Below the pieces are notes generated by a model. That model was given only the letters and a program-made list of their open reading frames with translations. It was not told the origin of the DNA and did not search any database. Shown here piece by piece: positions 8,909 through 17,305 of a stretch of 35,137 bases of DNA (position 1 is its first letter; every line of letters starts with the position of its first letter). The translations under genes and the position numbers were made by a program. Source of the stretch: Clostridia bacterium (GTDB lineage Bacteria; Bacillota; Clostridia; Oscillospirales; CAG-272); NCBI GenBank assembly GCA_017453405.1, contig JAFTKF010000059.1, positions 1 through 35,137 on the forward strand, given 5' to 3'.

Positions 8909-9523
8909 ATGGAAAAGCTTACGTTAAAAGAACAAGAAATGTATGATTATATCTGTCAGGTGATCCGTCGCTCGGGCTATTCGCCCTCGGTCAGAGACAT
9001 TCAGGAAGCGCTCGGCATTAAGTCCACATCCACCGTGCACGCCTACCTTGACCGTCTGGAGCAGAAGGGTTATATCAAAAAGTCGCCCGGCAAGAGCCGC
9101 ACCATCCGCACCAGTGAGGTTGATTCGCACGTTACCAGCGAAACGGTGCACATCCCCTTGGTCGGTCAGGTTGCCGCAGGTACACCCATTCTCGCCGTCG
9201 AAAACATCGAGCGCCACATTGATTTTCAGTTTGCCGGCAGAACCTATAACCCCAACGATCTTTACGCCCTGCGAGTCAAGGGTGACAGTATGATCGAGGC
9301 AGGCATCCATTCGGGAGATATCATCATCGTCAAAAAGCAGGGCTATGCCGAAAACGGTCAGATGGTGGTCGCACTTTTGGAAGACGAAGCCACCGTCAAA
9401 ACCTTCTATAAGGAAAACGGTCATATTCGCCTGCAGCCCGAAAACAGCACGATGCAACCGATCATCGTCAAAGAGGTTATGATCCTCGGCAAGGTCATTG
9501 CCGCCATCAAATATTTCGAATGA
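8909..9523 (+). CDS. lexA: SOS repressor LexA
   Basis: wHTH SPSVRDI..KSTSTVH, Ala-Gly cleavage site VAAG, catalytic Ser in GDSM and Lys in ATVK; RBS GGAGG. Confidence 0.95.
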   Translation: MEKLTLKEQEMYDYICQVIRRSGYSPSVRDIQEALGIKSTSTVHAYLDRLEQKGYIKKSPGKSRTIRTSEVDSHVTSETVHIPLVGQVAAGTPILAVENIERHIDFQFAGRTYNPNDLYALRVKGDSMIEAGIHSGDIIIVKKQGYAENGQMVVALLEDEATVKTFYKENGHIRLQPENSTMQPIIVKEVMILGKVIAAIKYFE

Positions 9524-9530
9524 GGCAAGT

Positions 9531-10292
9531 ATGAAACCGTCCAAGACCTATAATCCCTACGGACTTCTTGACAAGACCGCGCGCTTTCGTACCCTTTCGC
9601 GTATCGCTGTCTGGGGGGGCGCTGCGCTGAGCCTTGTTTTGTTTTTCGCGCTGTATCAGCTTCTGGTTGCCAACGGAGCACCCTCGTGGCTGTCACTTTG
9701 CGCGTATTATCTGTCCGAATGCGTATCGACCTCCTTTCTCTTTATCCTGCTTGCGCTCGCCGTCGTTACGGTCGCACGCGAGGAACACGCACTGCAAAAG
9801 CGTTTGGTCCTACAGGAGACGATCGCCCTTGTCGGGCTTTCCTTATGCCTTCGGATGCTGTTATACTATCTCACTGCGCTAATCGATCAGACACTTGATC
9901 TCGGGGGCTTCTATTTCAACGATGTCACACTGCAGTATCTCACGGAAGCGGGTGGCTTTCACTTCTTTATGGCAGTGCTGTCTGCCTTTTTCGGCATCGT
10001 TACGATGCTTTGTGTGCTTCTGATCACGTTATTTCTTGTCAAAAAGAGCTATCGGCAAACGAATCTGCGCGGCAGAGTATCAGACAGAATGAAAAAACTG
10101 CCCGTGATCGTGTATCTTGCGATCTCGACGGGCTTTGCGCTGATCAACACCGTGATGACGGTGATCGATATCGGCATTTCGGCAGACTTTTCGGTAATTT
10201 TCTCGCTACTGCTGCCCTATCTTGAAATCGCCCTGTTCACGCTGGTCGGCTATTATATCGTATCGCAAACCGTCTCTTATTTTGAAGACTGA
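9531..10292 (+). CDS. hypothetical polytopic membrane protein (about 6 TM)
   Basis: ATG 7 bp after the lexA stop, RBS GAGG, multiple hydrophobic helices. Confidence 0.72.
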   Translation: MKPSKTYNPYGLLDKTARFRTLSRIAVWGGAALSLVLFFALYQLLVANGAPSWLSLCAYYLSECVSTSFLFILLALAVVTVAREEHALQKRLVLQETIALVGLSLCLRMLLYYLTALIDQTLDLGGFYFNDVTLQYLTEAGGFHFFMAVLSAFFGIVTMLCVLLITLFLVKKSYRQTNLRGRVSDRMKKLPVIVYLAISTGFALINTVMTVIDIGISADFSVIFSLLLPYLEIALFTLVGYYIVSQTVSYFED

Positions 10293-10296
10293 CCGT

Positions 10297-10339
10297 ATCC
10301 CGATCTTACCTTTTTTGTAAGATCGGGATGTTTTATTTT
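10297..10339 (+). terminator. intrinsic terminator
   Basis: 13-bp stem ATCCCGATCTTAC / GTAAGATCGGGAT followed by GTTTTATTTT. Confidence 0.8.
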
Positions 10340-10367
10340 CTCTTTCTGCAAAATCCTCCGCACGCAA

Positions 10368-10396
10368 TTGACAGCCACACCGTTTCGTGTTACAAT
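10368..10396 (+). promoter_or_regulatory. sigma-A promoter TTGACA-17bp-TACAAT with extended -10
   Basis: TTGACA 10368-10373, TGt-TACAAT 10391-10396. Confidence 0.8.
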
Positions 10397-10434
10397 AAGA
10401 AAAAGCGTGCATTTTCCCACGAAAGGAGATCGTT

Positions 10435-11130
10435 ATGAAGAATCAAAAGCCGTATATTCTGATTGCGGATGACGACAGGGAGATCCGCGATGTTCTGACA
10501 CTGCTTCTGTCCTCCGAGGACTATACCACCCTTGCACTGGAAAGCGGCGAAGCCCTGCTTGACAAGGCAGAGAACGATGTTGATCTTTATATTCTCGATG
10601 TCAATATGCCCGGTCTTTCGGGATTTATGACTGCGGCAGAATTGCGCCGCCACTATGATTCACCTATCATTTTTCTCACCGCTTATTCGGGGGAATCCGA
10701 CAAGGTGATGGGCTTTTCGGTGGGGGCTGACGATTATATTGTCAAGCCTTTTTCGTCGGCAGAGCTTCTGATGCGTGTCAGAGCGATCCTCAGACGCCGC
10801 ACACCGAAGCCCGAGGACACTTTACCCCCTGCGAAAAACCGTCTGCCGCTCGGCGATCTGTTTCTTGACCTTGACAGCCAATCGGTTCTCAAAAACGGCG
10901 AGAGCATTCCGCTGACCCATACCGAGTTTTCGATCCTTGCCCTGCTTTTACAAAACCGCAAGCGGATCTTCTCGCCGGACAGCATTTATCAGGCGATCTG
11001 GAACGACAACGCCGTGGGGGATGCCGCCATTATGGTGCACATCAAAAACATCCGCAAAAAGCTGGGCGACGATTCGAGAAACCCTGTGTATATCAAGACC
11101 GCGTGGGGAAGGGGGTATTACGTTGACTGA
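10435..11130 (+). CDS. OmpR/PhoB-family response regulator
   Basis: receiver ADDD, LDVNMP (phospho-Asp), FLTA, GADDYIVKPF; C-terminal wHTH ending IKTAWGRGY. Confidence 0.93.
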   Translation: MKNQKPYILIADDDREIRDVLTLLLSSEDYTTLALESGEALLDKAENDVDLYILDVNMPGLSGFMTAAELRRHYDSPIIFLTAYSGESDKVMGFSVGADDYIVKPFSSAELLMRVRAILRRRTPKPEDTLPPAKNRLPLGDLFLDLDSQSVLKNGESIPLTHTEFSILALLLQNRKRIFSPDSIYQAIWNDNAVGDAAIMVHIKNIRKKLGDDSRNPVYIKTAWGRGYYVD

Positions 11131-12166
11131 AAAAACCGCTAACCAAGGCGGCAAAACGCGCCGTCTTTCGCGCGAGATTTTTGGCATTTTTGCGATATCC
11201 CTGATTTTCAGTATCATTTTATATCTCTTTCTTTCCTTGTTCGGCGCGGCGGCGGTGCAAGCCTTTCTCGCGTTATGGGGCATCACACCGGATGAAACCG
11301 ACCTGTACCGCATAAACGGCTCGGTGTTCGGCATCAGTCTCGCGCTGACAGCAGGCTTTTTCATCCTGCTGTTTCTCATCCTGCTCGGAGAACGCCTTGC
11401 CTACATCCGCACGATCATACAGGGGATCGAGGCGCTCAGCGAAGGCAAATTGGAGCACCGTCTGCCCATTGAGGGTAATAACGAGCTGACACGGCTTGCC
11501 GAGGCGGTCAATTATCTGGCGGCAGAGGAAGAGGCGATCAAAGCGGAAGAAAAACGCCTCAGCGAGGACCGCGAGGAATTGATCCGCACCCTCTCGCACG
11601 ACATCCGCACCCCCCTGACCGCACTGATCGGCTATACCGAGCTGTTTCGTACCAAAGAAAGTCCTTCAAAAGAAGAGCTTTCCGACTATCTTCTGCTGGT
11701 ACACCGCAAGGCAAACGAGATCCGTGAGATCAGCGACATTCTCTTGGACGGCAGTAAGCGCAGTCTTGAATATTTTGACAGCGCCCGCCTTCTGATGACA
11801 ATGCTCGCGGAGGAATTCGAAGAAGCCCTTCAGAAAGAGTTTTCTCTCAAGGTCGACCTCTCGGGCTGTACGGATTTTCCCGCAAGCCTTGATGTGCAGG
11901 AATTGCGCCGCATTTTTGATAATCTGATCACCAATGTGCAAAAATACGCCGATCCTCAAAGCCCTGTATGCCTGTCGATCCAAAAATCCGCCAAGGGGAT
12001 CGTGATCCGCGAAACCAACGCCATCGCCGAGCGCCAATCGGGACAAAGCGGCTACCGTATGGGGCTGAACAGCATTCGCCGCATTGCACAAAGCTACGGC
12101 GGAGATGTCCGTATCGAAAACGACGGCAAGCAGTTTGCCATTACCGTTACACTTTCCGATGTTTGA
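11123..12166 (+). CDS. HAMP-domain sensor histidine kinase
   Basis: two TM helices, HAMP (NELTRLAEAVN), H-box LSHDIRTPL, N-box RIFDNLITNVQKYA; probable TTG start overlapping the regulator stop. Confidence 0.88.
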   Translation: MTEKTANQGGKTRRLSREIFGIFAISLIFSIILYLFLSLFGAAAVQAFLALWGITPDETDLYRINGSVFGISLALTAGFFILLFLILLGERLAYIRTIIQGIEALSEGKLEHRLPIEGNNELTRLAEAVNYLAAEEEAIKAEEKRLSEDREELIRTLSHDIRTPLTALIGYTELFRTKESPSKEELSDYLLLVHRKANEIREISDILLDGSKRSLEYFDSARLLMTMLAEEFEEALQKEFSLKVDLSGCTDFPASLDVQELRRIFDNLITNVQKYADPQSPVCLSIQKSAKGIVIRETNAIAERQSGQSGYRMGLNSIRRIAQSYGGDVRIENDGKQFAITVTLSDV

Positions 12167-12170
12167 GAAA

Positions 12171-12226
12171 TCTTTAGAATTCTTTAGAATTTCCTGCGAA
12201 ATTTCTTTAGAAAGCTATGCTATTCT
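12171..12226 (+). promoter_or_regulatory. direct repeats TCTTTAGAA x3 plus extended -10; probable response-regulator binding site
   Basis: copies at 12171, 12181 and 12204; TGc-TATTCT at 12218-12226; no canonical -35. Confidence 0.6.
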
Positions 12227-12277
12227 ATAGTCACCAAAGGCAAATACCCAATCAAAAACAGAAAGTGAGGACATTCT

Positions 12278-12616
12278 ATGTTGAATTCATTAGATCTTTT
12301 GGTAATCGTTTTTATGGGGCTGATCGCTCTGACACTGTTTTCTCTCGCCCTGCTCTTTTTCCTCCGCAACAAAAAGGCGAAAAAGGTGTTCTTCTATATC
12401 ACAATCGCACTCGCCGTATACCTTTCCACCGTCGCCTTCCGCATCAGCTCAGGACTTTTCTTCGTGCAAACCGTTCTGTCCTTTGTAACAGCAGGTGCCG
12501 CCATCGCCGCACTGGTGCTGGAGCGCGTCAGCAAGGGGAATGAAAAGCTCTTCCTTCTCGCGCGGATCATCTCCTCCTGTGCACTCATTCTCGCACTCCT
12601 GAACGCGATCCTTTAA
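12278..12616 (+). CDS. small four-helix membrane protein
   Basis: RBS GAGG, 112 aa, four hydrophobic segments with basic loops. Confidence 0.78.
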   Translation: MLNSLDLLVIVFMGLIALTLFSLALLFFLRNKKAKKVFFYITIALAVYLSTVAFRISSGLFFVQTVLSFVTAGAAIAALVLERVSKGNEKLFLLARIISSCALILALLNAIL

Positions 12617-12684
12617 CACGAGCTTTGATCGCAAGCATCCAACACGGTTCTTTGTTGGATTTAACGGAGATATCACTAATACAC

Positions 12685-12730
12685 ACCTCGGCAGAGAGAA
12701 AGATCATTTTCTCTCTGCCGAGGTTTTGTT
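12685..12730 (+). terminator. intrinsic terminator (17-bp stem)
   Basis: ACCTCGGCAGAGAGAAA-gatcat-TTTCTCTCTGCCGAGGT followed by TTTGTT. Confidence 0.8.
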
Positions 12731-12744
12731 ATAATCGGACTAAT

Positions 12745-12795
12745 AAAAAAGCCTCTCCCCTCGGGAGAGGTGGCGGCACAGCCGACGGAGAGGGG
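12745..12795. repeat. REP-like palindromic element (CCTCTCCC-ctc-GGGAGAGG-TGGC...GACGGAGAGGGG)
   Basis: hairpin, second hairpin CGGC-aca-GCCG, and a third arm complementary to the first; resembles a small dispersed clostridial repeat; single copy in this window. Confidence 0.5.
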
Positions 12796-13115
12796 AGCAA
12801 CGAGGGGAAACGTGTGAAAAATGCCCACTCACCCGCTTGCGTGGAAATGTCATTCACTCTCCACACGCCGCTTCGGTGTGTATCTTTAAGGGGGCATTTT
12901 TTCGGTGCTTTGCCCCTACCGTGTGTGGGGTAAACTTCTTGTGAATTCTCCGATACGGACAATACCCACGCCAGAGAGGTGCTTTTGTGTCAGGACTTCA
13001 TAAAAATGCACGGCAAAGGGTAGAAATTTCGGATCAATTTTTGTTAAAAGTGGCAAAATTAGTAGCAAAAGTACCAAAGAGCAGCCTTCGAATTCGGTGA
13101 AAACCACCAATTTTT

Positions 13116-13122
13116 TGTCGAA
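13116..13122 (+). promoter_or_regulatory. putative Spo0A box TGTCGAA
   Basis: exact TGNCGAA consensus in an AT-rich context about 40 bp upstream of the glg -35. Confidence 0.45.
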
Positions 13123-13161
13123 TTTTTTTAATATTTTCTTCATTGAAACGACAAGTTCCCC

Positions 13162-13190
13162 TTGCAAAGTGCGAATGGGCGTGGTATAAT
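13162..13190 (+). promoter_or_regulatory. sigma-A promoter of the glycogen operon (TTGCAA-17bp-TATAAT, extended -10)
   Basis: TTGCAA 13162-13167, TGg-TATAAT 13185-13190. Confidence 0.8.
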
Positions 13191-13241
13191 AAATTATCAT
13201 AGTCGATAACTATGCGTATTTGTGAAGGGAGTGTGCAAAAA

Positions 13242-14909
13242 ATGGTCAGGACAGAGCGTTTTCCCTTGGCAAGCGGCACACTGACTGCCCTTGGCGACCT
13301 ATGTGACTTTCCCTTCAAGCTTCACACCTATCTCGGCGTTCATCGCACCGATACCGACACTTCGCGCACCTATACCTTTCGTTATTTTGCGCCCTCTGCC
13401 ACGGCAGTCTACCTCGTTTCGGATTTTCTTTCGTGGGAAAACGGCAAGCGTATGACCCGCCTTGCAAGCGGTGTTTGGGAGCTCACTCTCACAAGCGAGC
13501 GCTCCTTGGAGGGGGCAAGCTACAAATACAAGGTCTATCGGGAAACGGTCTCTGACTACTGCTCCGACCCCTATGCCACACGCGAGGAGGGGCGCGGGGG
13601 CTATGCCTCCCTGATCGCGACCGAAGCGCCCGTCTGTACCGATTCGGCGGCGTGGGAAGCCCACCGCAGGGCGCAAGGCAAAAAGCCCCTTCATTTTCTT
13701 GAGGTGTCCTTGACCTCTCTCGTGACCAAAAAGAATCGCCTGCCCTATGAGGAAGGCGCTGCCTATCGCTATGACGAGCTTGCCCGTGCGCTTACGGTCT
13801 ATGCCAAGAGCACCGGCTATACGCACGTTAAGCTTTTGTCACCCTCACTGTTTGAGAAGAATTCCCTCTTTGCGCCCGCACCCCGTCACGGCACACCCGA
13901 TGACTATGCCGCCTGCCTTTCGTATCTGCATCAGAACGGCATCGGCACGATCCTCGCCCTGCCCCTGCCGCACACCGAAGAGGATGCCTGCCGCGTGCTT
14001 GCGGCAAGCGACTTTATGCTTTCCCACTATCCGATCGACGGGCTGTGGTTTGAAGCACCTATGGACGGGCAGGACGGACAGATGTCCACAGACACACTGT
14101 TTTCTGCCTTTTGCAGTCTGCAAAAACGCTATCCTCACGCGATCTTCGGCTGTGACTGCACAGAATCACCGGAGAGCGTAAACAATCTCGCAATACCCGA
14201 GGGTTTTCTTGTGCGGCACACGCACACGGAGGATGTTCTGACCGATCATCTTGCCCTGCCGCCCGCACTTCGTGCGAAGGATCAGGAGCGTTTGATCGAT
14301 GCGCTTGTATCACAAGCCCTCGCCTCACAGTCAAAGCGTTTGACCAGAGGAGGCAAGGAATCCCTGATGATGCGGTTTTTTGGAAGCTATGAGCAGAAAT
14401 TTTCCGAAAACCGTCTGTATCATATGATGCTGATCGCATCGGGCAGTCCAAAGCTTTCGTTTATGCTGGCATCCCTTGCGCCCTTTCGCCCGTGGCAGGA
14501 CTCGCTTTTGCCCGAATGGTATATGGCAGACTTCAAGCTTCACCGCGCGCACCGTCGCTTCATCCGCGCACTGAATCGCTTTTATCTCAGTACACCGCTT
14601 CTGTGGGATGAAAAAACCGCAATCACCTGCCACCACAAAGATCCCGAGCGGAATGTTTTTTCCCTGAAGCGAAAGAATAAGGATGGGGAGTTGCTTTTTA
14701 TTTTCAACTGCTCCGACACCTTATATACCGACTATACCCTTCCCGCCGCGCATACGGCGTACCGCGAATGCTTCTCCTCGGATGAAGAAAGCTTTGCCGG
14801 GGAAGGCTATGTCAACCGCCTTGCCATTCCTTGCACGGATGCGGGGCTTACCTTGAATCTTGCACCGCTGTCTGCGGTGATCTTAGAACCGAATCCATAC
14901 AAAATCTAA
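13242..14909 (+). CDS. GlgB-like protein (CBM48 + GH13 fold + C domain) with degenerate active site
   Basis: [48 protein letters not shown] and [10 protein letters not shown] are colinear with branching enzyme; catalytic regions are altered (see findings); RBS AAGGGAG. Confidence 0.85.
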   Translation: MVRTERFPLASGTLTALGDLCDFPFKLHTYLGVHRTDTDTSRTYTFRYFAPSATAVYLVSDFLSWENGKRMTRLASGVWELTLTSERSLEGASYKYKVYRETVSDYCSDPYATREEGRGGYASLIATEAPVCTDSAAWEAHRRAQGKKPLHFLEVSLTSLVTKKNRLPYEEGAAYRYDELARALTVYAKSTGYTHVKLLSPSLFEKNSLFAPAPRHGTPDDYAACLSYLHQNGIGTILALPLPHTEEDACRVLAASDFMLSHYPIDGLWFEAPMDGQDGQMSTDTLFSAFCSLQKRYPHAIFGCDCTESPESVNNLAIPEGFLVRHTHTEDVLTDHLALPPALRAKDQERLIDALVSQALASQSKRLTRGGKESLMMRFFGSYEQKFSENRLYHMMLIASGSPKLSFMLASLAPFRPWQDSLLPEWYMADFKLHRAHRRFIRALNRFYLSTPLLWDEKTAITCHHKDPERNVFSLKRKNKDGELLFIFNCSDTLYTDYTLPAAHTAYRECFSSDEESFAGEGYVNRLAIPCTDAGLTLNLAPLSAVILEPNPYKI

Positions 14910-14932
14910 CATTACTATATCTGGGGGTAATT

Positions 14933-16135
14933 ATGTATCACAAGAAAGAATGTGTTGCCATGCTGTTAGCAGGCGGTCAGGGAAGCCGTCTCTACACCTT
15001 GACAGAAAAAACAGCCAAGCCTGCCGTTCCGTTCGGCGGCAAGTACCGCATCATTGATTTTCCCCTTTCCAACTGTGTCAACTCCGGCATTGATACCGTC
15101 GGTGTTCTCACGCAGTACCAGCCGCTGGAGCTGAACGAATACATCGGCAACGGTCAGGCGTGGGATCTCGACCGCACCTTTGGCGGCGTGATGGTGCTCC
15201 CGCCCTATCAGGGCAACAAGGGGGCTGACTGGTATAAGGGTACAGCCAATGCCATTTATCAGAACCTTGCCTTTATCGACCGTTACGATCCCGAATACGT
15301 ACTGGTGCTTTCGGGCGACCACATTTACAAAATGGACTATGCCGCCATGCTCGACTTCCACAAGAAAAAGGAAGCCGACTGCACCATTGCCGTTCTGGAG
15401 GTCTCGCTGGAGGAAGCCTCTCGTTTCGGTATTATGAATACCAACGACGATAACAGCGTATATGAATTTGAAGAAAAGCCGAAGCATCCCAAGAGCACCA
15501 AGGCTTCGATGGGTATTTACATTTTCAACTATAAAAAGCTGAAGCAGTACCTCATCGATGACGAAAACACCGAGGGCTCGGCAAATGACTTTGGTAAAAA
15601 CATCATTCCGAATATGCTCGCCTCCGGCGAAAAGCTGTTTGCCTATCCCTTCTCGGGCTATTGGAAGGATGTCGGAACGATCTCCTCGCTGTGGGAAGCC
15701 AATATGGATCTTCTCGGCGCAAAGCCTGTTTTCAATATCCACGACCGTTCGTGGCGCATCTTTTCGCGCACCTCGGCAATGCCCGCGCAGTATCTTGCGC
15801 CCGGCAGTGTGACCGAGAACGCCATCATTTCCGAAGGCTCGGAGATCGCGGGCACGGTCAGAAACTCGGTGCTGTTCCACGGCGTTACCGTCGAAAGCGG
15901 CGCTGTTGTGGAAAATGCCGTTGTGATGAGCGGCGTTACCGTTAAGGCGGGTGCACGCGTGGTCAATACCATCATTGCGGAAAATACCACCGTGGGCGCA
16001 GGCGCTATGATCGGCGACAACCAAAAGCCCGGTGACAATATTACCGTACTCGGCTCCGATCTTGCCATTCCCGCAGGAATGACGATCGGCGGCGGACTGC
16101 TCATCAACGCCGACAAGCTTTCGGAGCTTGTTTAA
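14933..16135 (+). CDS. glgC: glucose-1-phosphate adenylyltransferase catalytic subunit
   Basis: [55 protein letters not shown]-terminal beta-helix. Confidence 0.96.
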   Translation: MYHKKECVAMLLAGGQGSRLYTLTEKTAKPAVPFGGKYRIIDFPLSNCVNSGIDTVGVLTQYQPLELNEYIGNGQAWDLDRTFGGVMVLPPYQGNKGADWYKGTANAIYQNLAFIDRYDPEYVLVLSGDHIYKMDYAAMLDFHKKKEADCTIAVLEVSLEEASRFGIMNTNDDNSVYEFEEKPKHPKSTKASMGIYIFNYKKLKQYLIDDENTEGSANDFGKNIIPNMLASGEKLFAYPFSGYWKDVGTISSLWEANMDLLGAKPVFNIHDRSWRIFSRTSAMPAQYLAPGSVTENAIISEGSEIAGTVRNSVLFHGVTVESGAVVENAVVMSGVTVKAGARVVNTIIAENTTVGAGAMIGDNQKPGDNITVLGSDLAIPAGMTIGGGLLINADKLSELV

Positions 16136-16153
16136 GAAGGAGGATCACACGCT

Positions 16154-17284
16154 ATGTCTACTACCACAGGTATTATTTTCTCGAATCTGCACGATATGTC
16201 GATTGCCGATCTGACCCGTCGCCGCACAATGGCATCGGTTCCCTTCGGTTGCCGTTACCGCTTGGTTGACTTCGCGCTTTCCAATATGGTCAACGCCGGC
16301 ATTTCGGATATCAGTGTGATCACACACAACAACTATCGCTCGCTGATGGACCACCTCGGCAGCGGTAAGGACTGGGACCTTGCCCGTCGCTCGGGCGGTC
16401 TTAAGATCCTGCCCCCCTTCATTACCACCAATCAAGGGGAAAACAATCTTTACGACACCCGTCTCGAAGCTTTGAAAAACGTGCAGGGCTTCGTTGCCGA
16501 TATCAAGACTGACAACGTGGTGCTGTCCGACTGCGATGCCATTTGCAATATCGATCTGCGCAGTGTGATCGAATATCACACCGCAGAAGGGGCAGATGCC
16601 ACCTGCGTCGTCACCCGAAAGACGCTGACCCCCGATATTTCCGAAAAATACCGTCTGATCTATTCGAACGACAGCAATGATGTCACCGATGTCATCGCAC
16701 ACCCCAAGAAGTTCTCGGGCGAGGGCGATGTCTTGGTGAATATTTGGATCTTTGACCGCCGCTATCTGCAGTCGGCGCTGGCGGATGCCTCGGCACACGG
16801 CTACAAGAGCTTCACGACCGATGTGATCCTCAAAAATCTCGGCAAGCACACGATCAAGGTCTATCACTACGACGGCTACTATGCAAGCATCGACTCGATG
16901 GCAGGCTATTTTGCCGTCAATATGGAGCTTCTCGATGCCAAGACCCGTGAAGCACTCTTCAAGGTCAAGGAAAGACCGATCTATACCAAGGTCAGAAATT
17001 CCGCGCCCAGCAAATATGTCGGCGGTGCCAACGTAAAGAATTCCCTGATCGCCGACGGCTGTCTGATCGAAGGCACGGTAGAAAATTCGATCCTCTTCCG
17101 CGGTGTTCATGTTGGCAAGGGGGCAATTGTCAAGAATTCGATCCTGTTTCAGGATACGCAGGTATTGGCAGGGGCTTCGATCAACTGCGTGATCGCTGAC
17201 AAGAATGTCGTGATCCGTGACGGCGTTATCCTCTCGGGTCACCCCACGATGCCCTTCTATATTGAAAAATACAAAATGATCTAA
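16154..17284 (+). CDS. glgD: glucose-1-phosphate adenylyltransferase regulatory subunit
   Basis: GlgC paralog lacking GGxGSRL; SVPFGCRYRLVDF, HLGSGKDWDL, IYTKV; follows glgC. Confidence 0.93.
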   Translation: MSTTTGIIFSNLHDMSIADLTRRRTMASVPFGCRYRLVDFALSNMVNAGISDISVITHNNYRSLMDHLGSGKDWDLARRSGGLKILPPFITTNQGENNLYDTRLEALKNVQGFVADIKTDNVVLSDCDAICNIDLRSVIEYHTAEGADATCVVTRKTLTPDISEKYRLIYSNDSNDVTDVIAHPKKFSGEGDVLVNIWIFDRRYLQSALADASAHGYKSFTTDVILKNLGKHTIKVYHYDGYYASIDSMAGYFAVNMELLDAKTREALFKVKERPIYTKVRNSAPSKYVGGANVKNSLIADGCLIEGTVENSILFRGVHVGKGAIVKNSILFQDTQVLAGASINCVIADKNVVIRDGVILSGHPTMPFYIEKYKMI

Positions 17285-17305
17285 CGCCTCTGAAAGGAAT
17301 TACCT

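Noticed and set aside
12800-13030. 6S RNA
   Set aside because: Some reminiscent words (AGTCCTGA, AGCGGG) but no convincing rod with a central bubble by eye; retained only as an unexplained structured region
13145-13158. Extra LexA boxes (GAAACGACAAGTTC; also TAACACGCTGTTC at about 23417)
   Set aside because: Wrong half-site spacing for GAAC-N4-GTTC
12625-13318. Short ORFs 12625-12933(+), 12729-12962(-), 12916-13200(-), 13034-13318(-)
   Set aside because: No clear RBS, they cross terminators and promoters, and their composition is atypical
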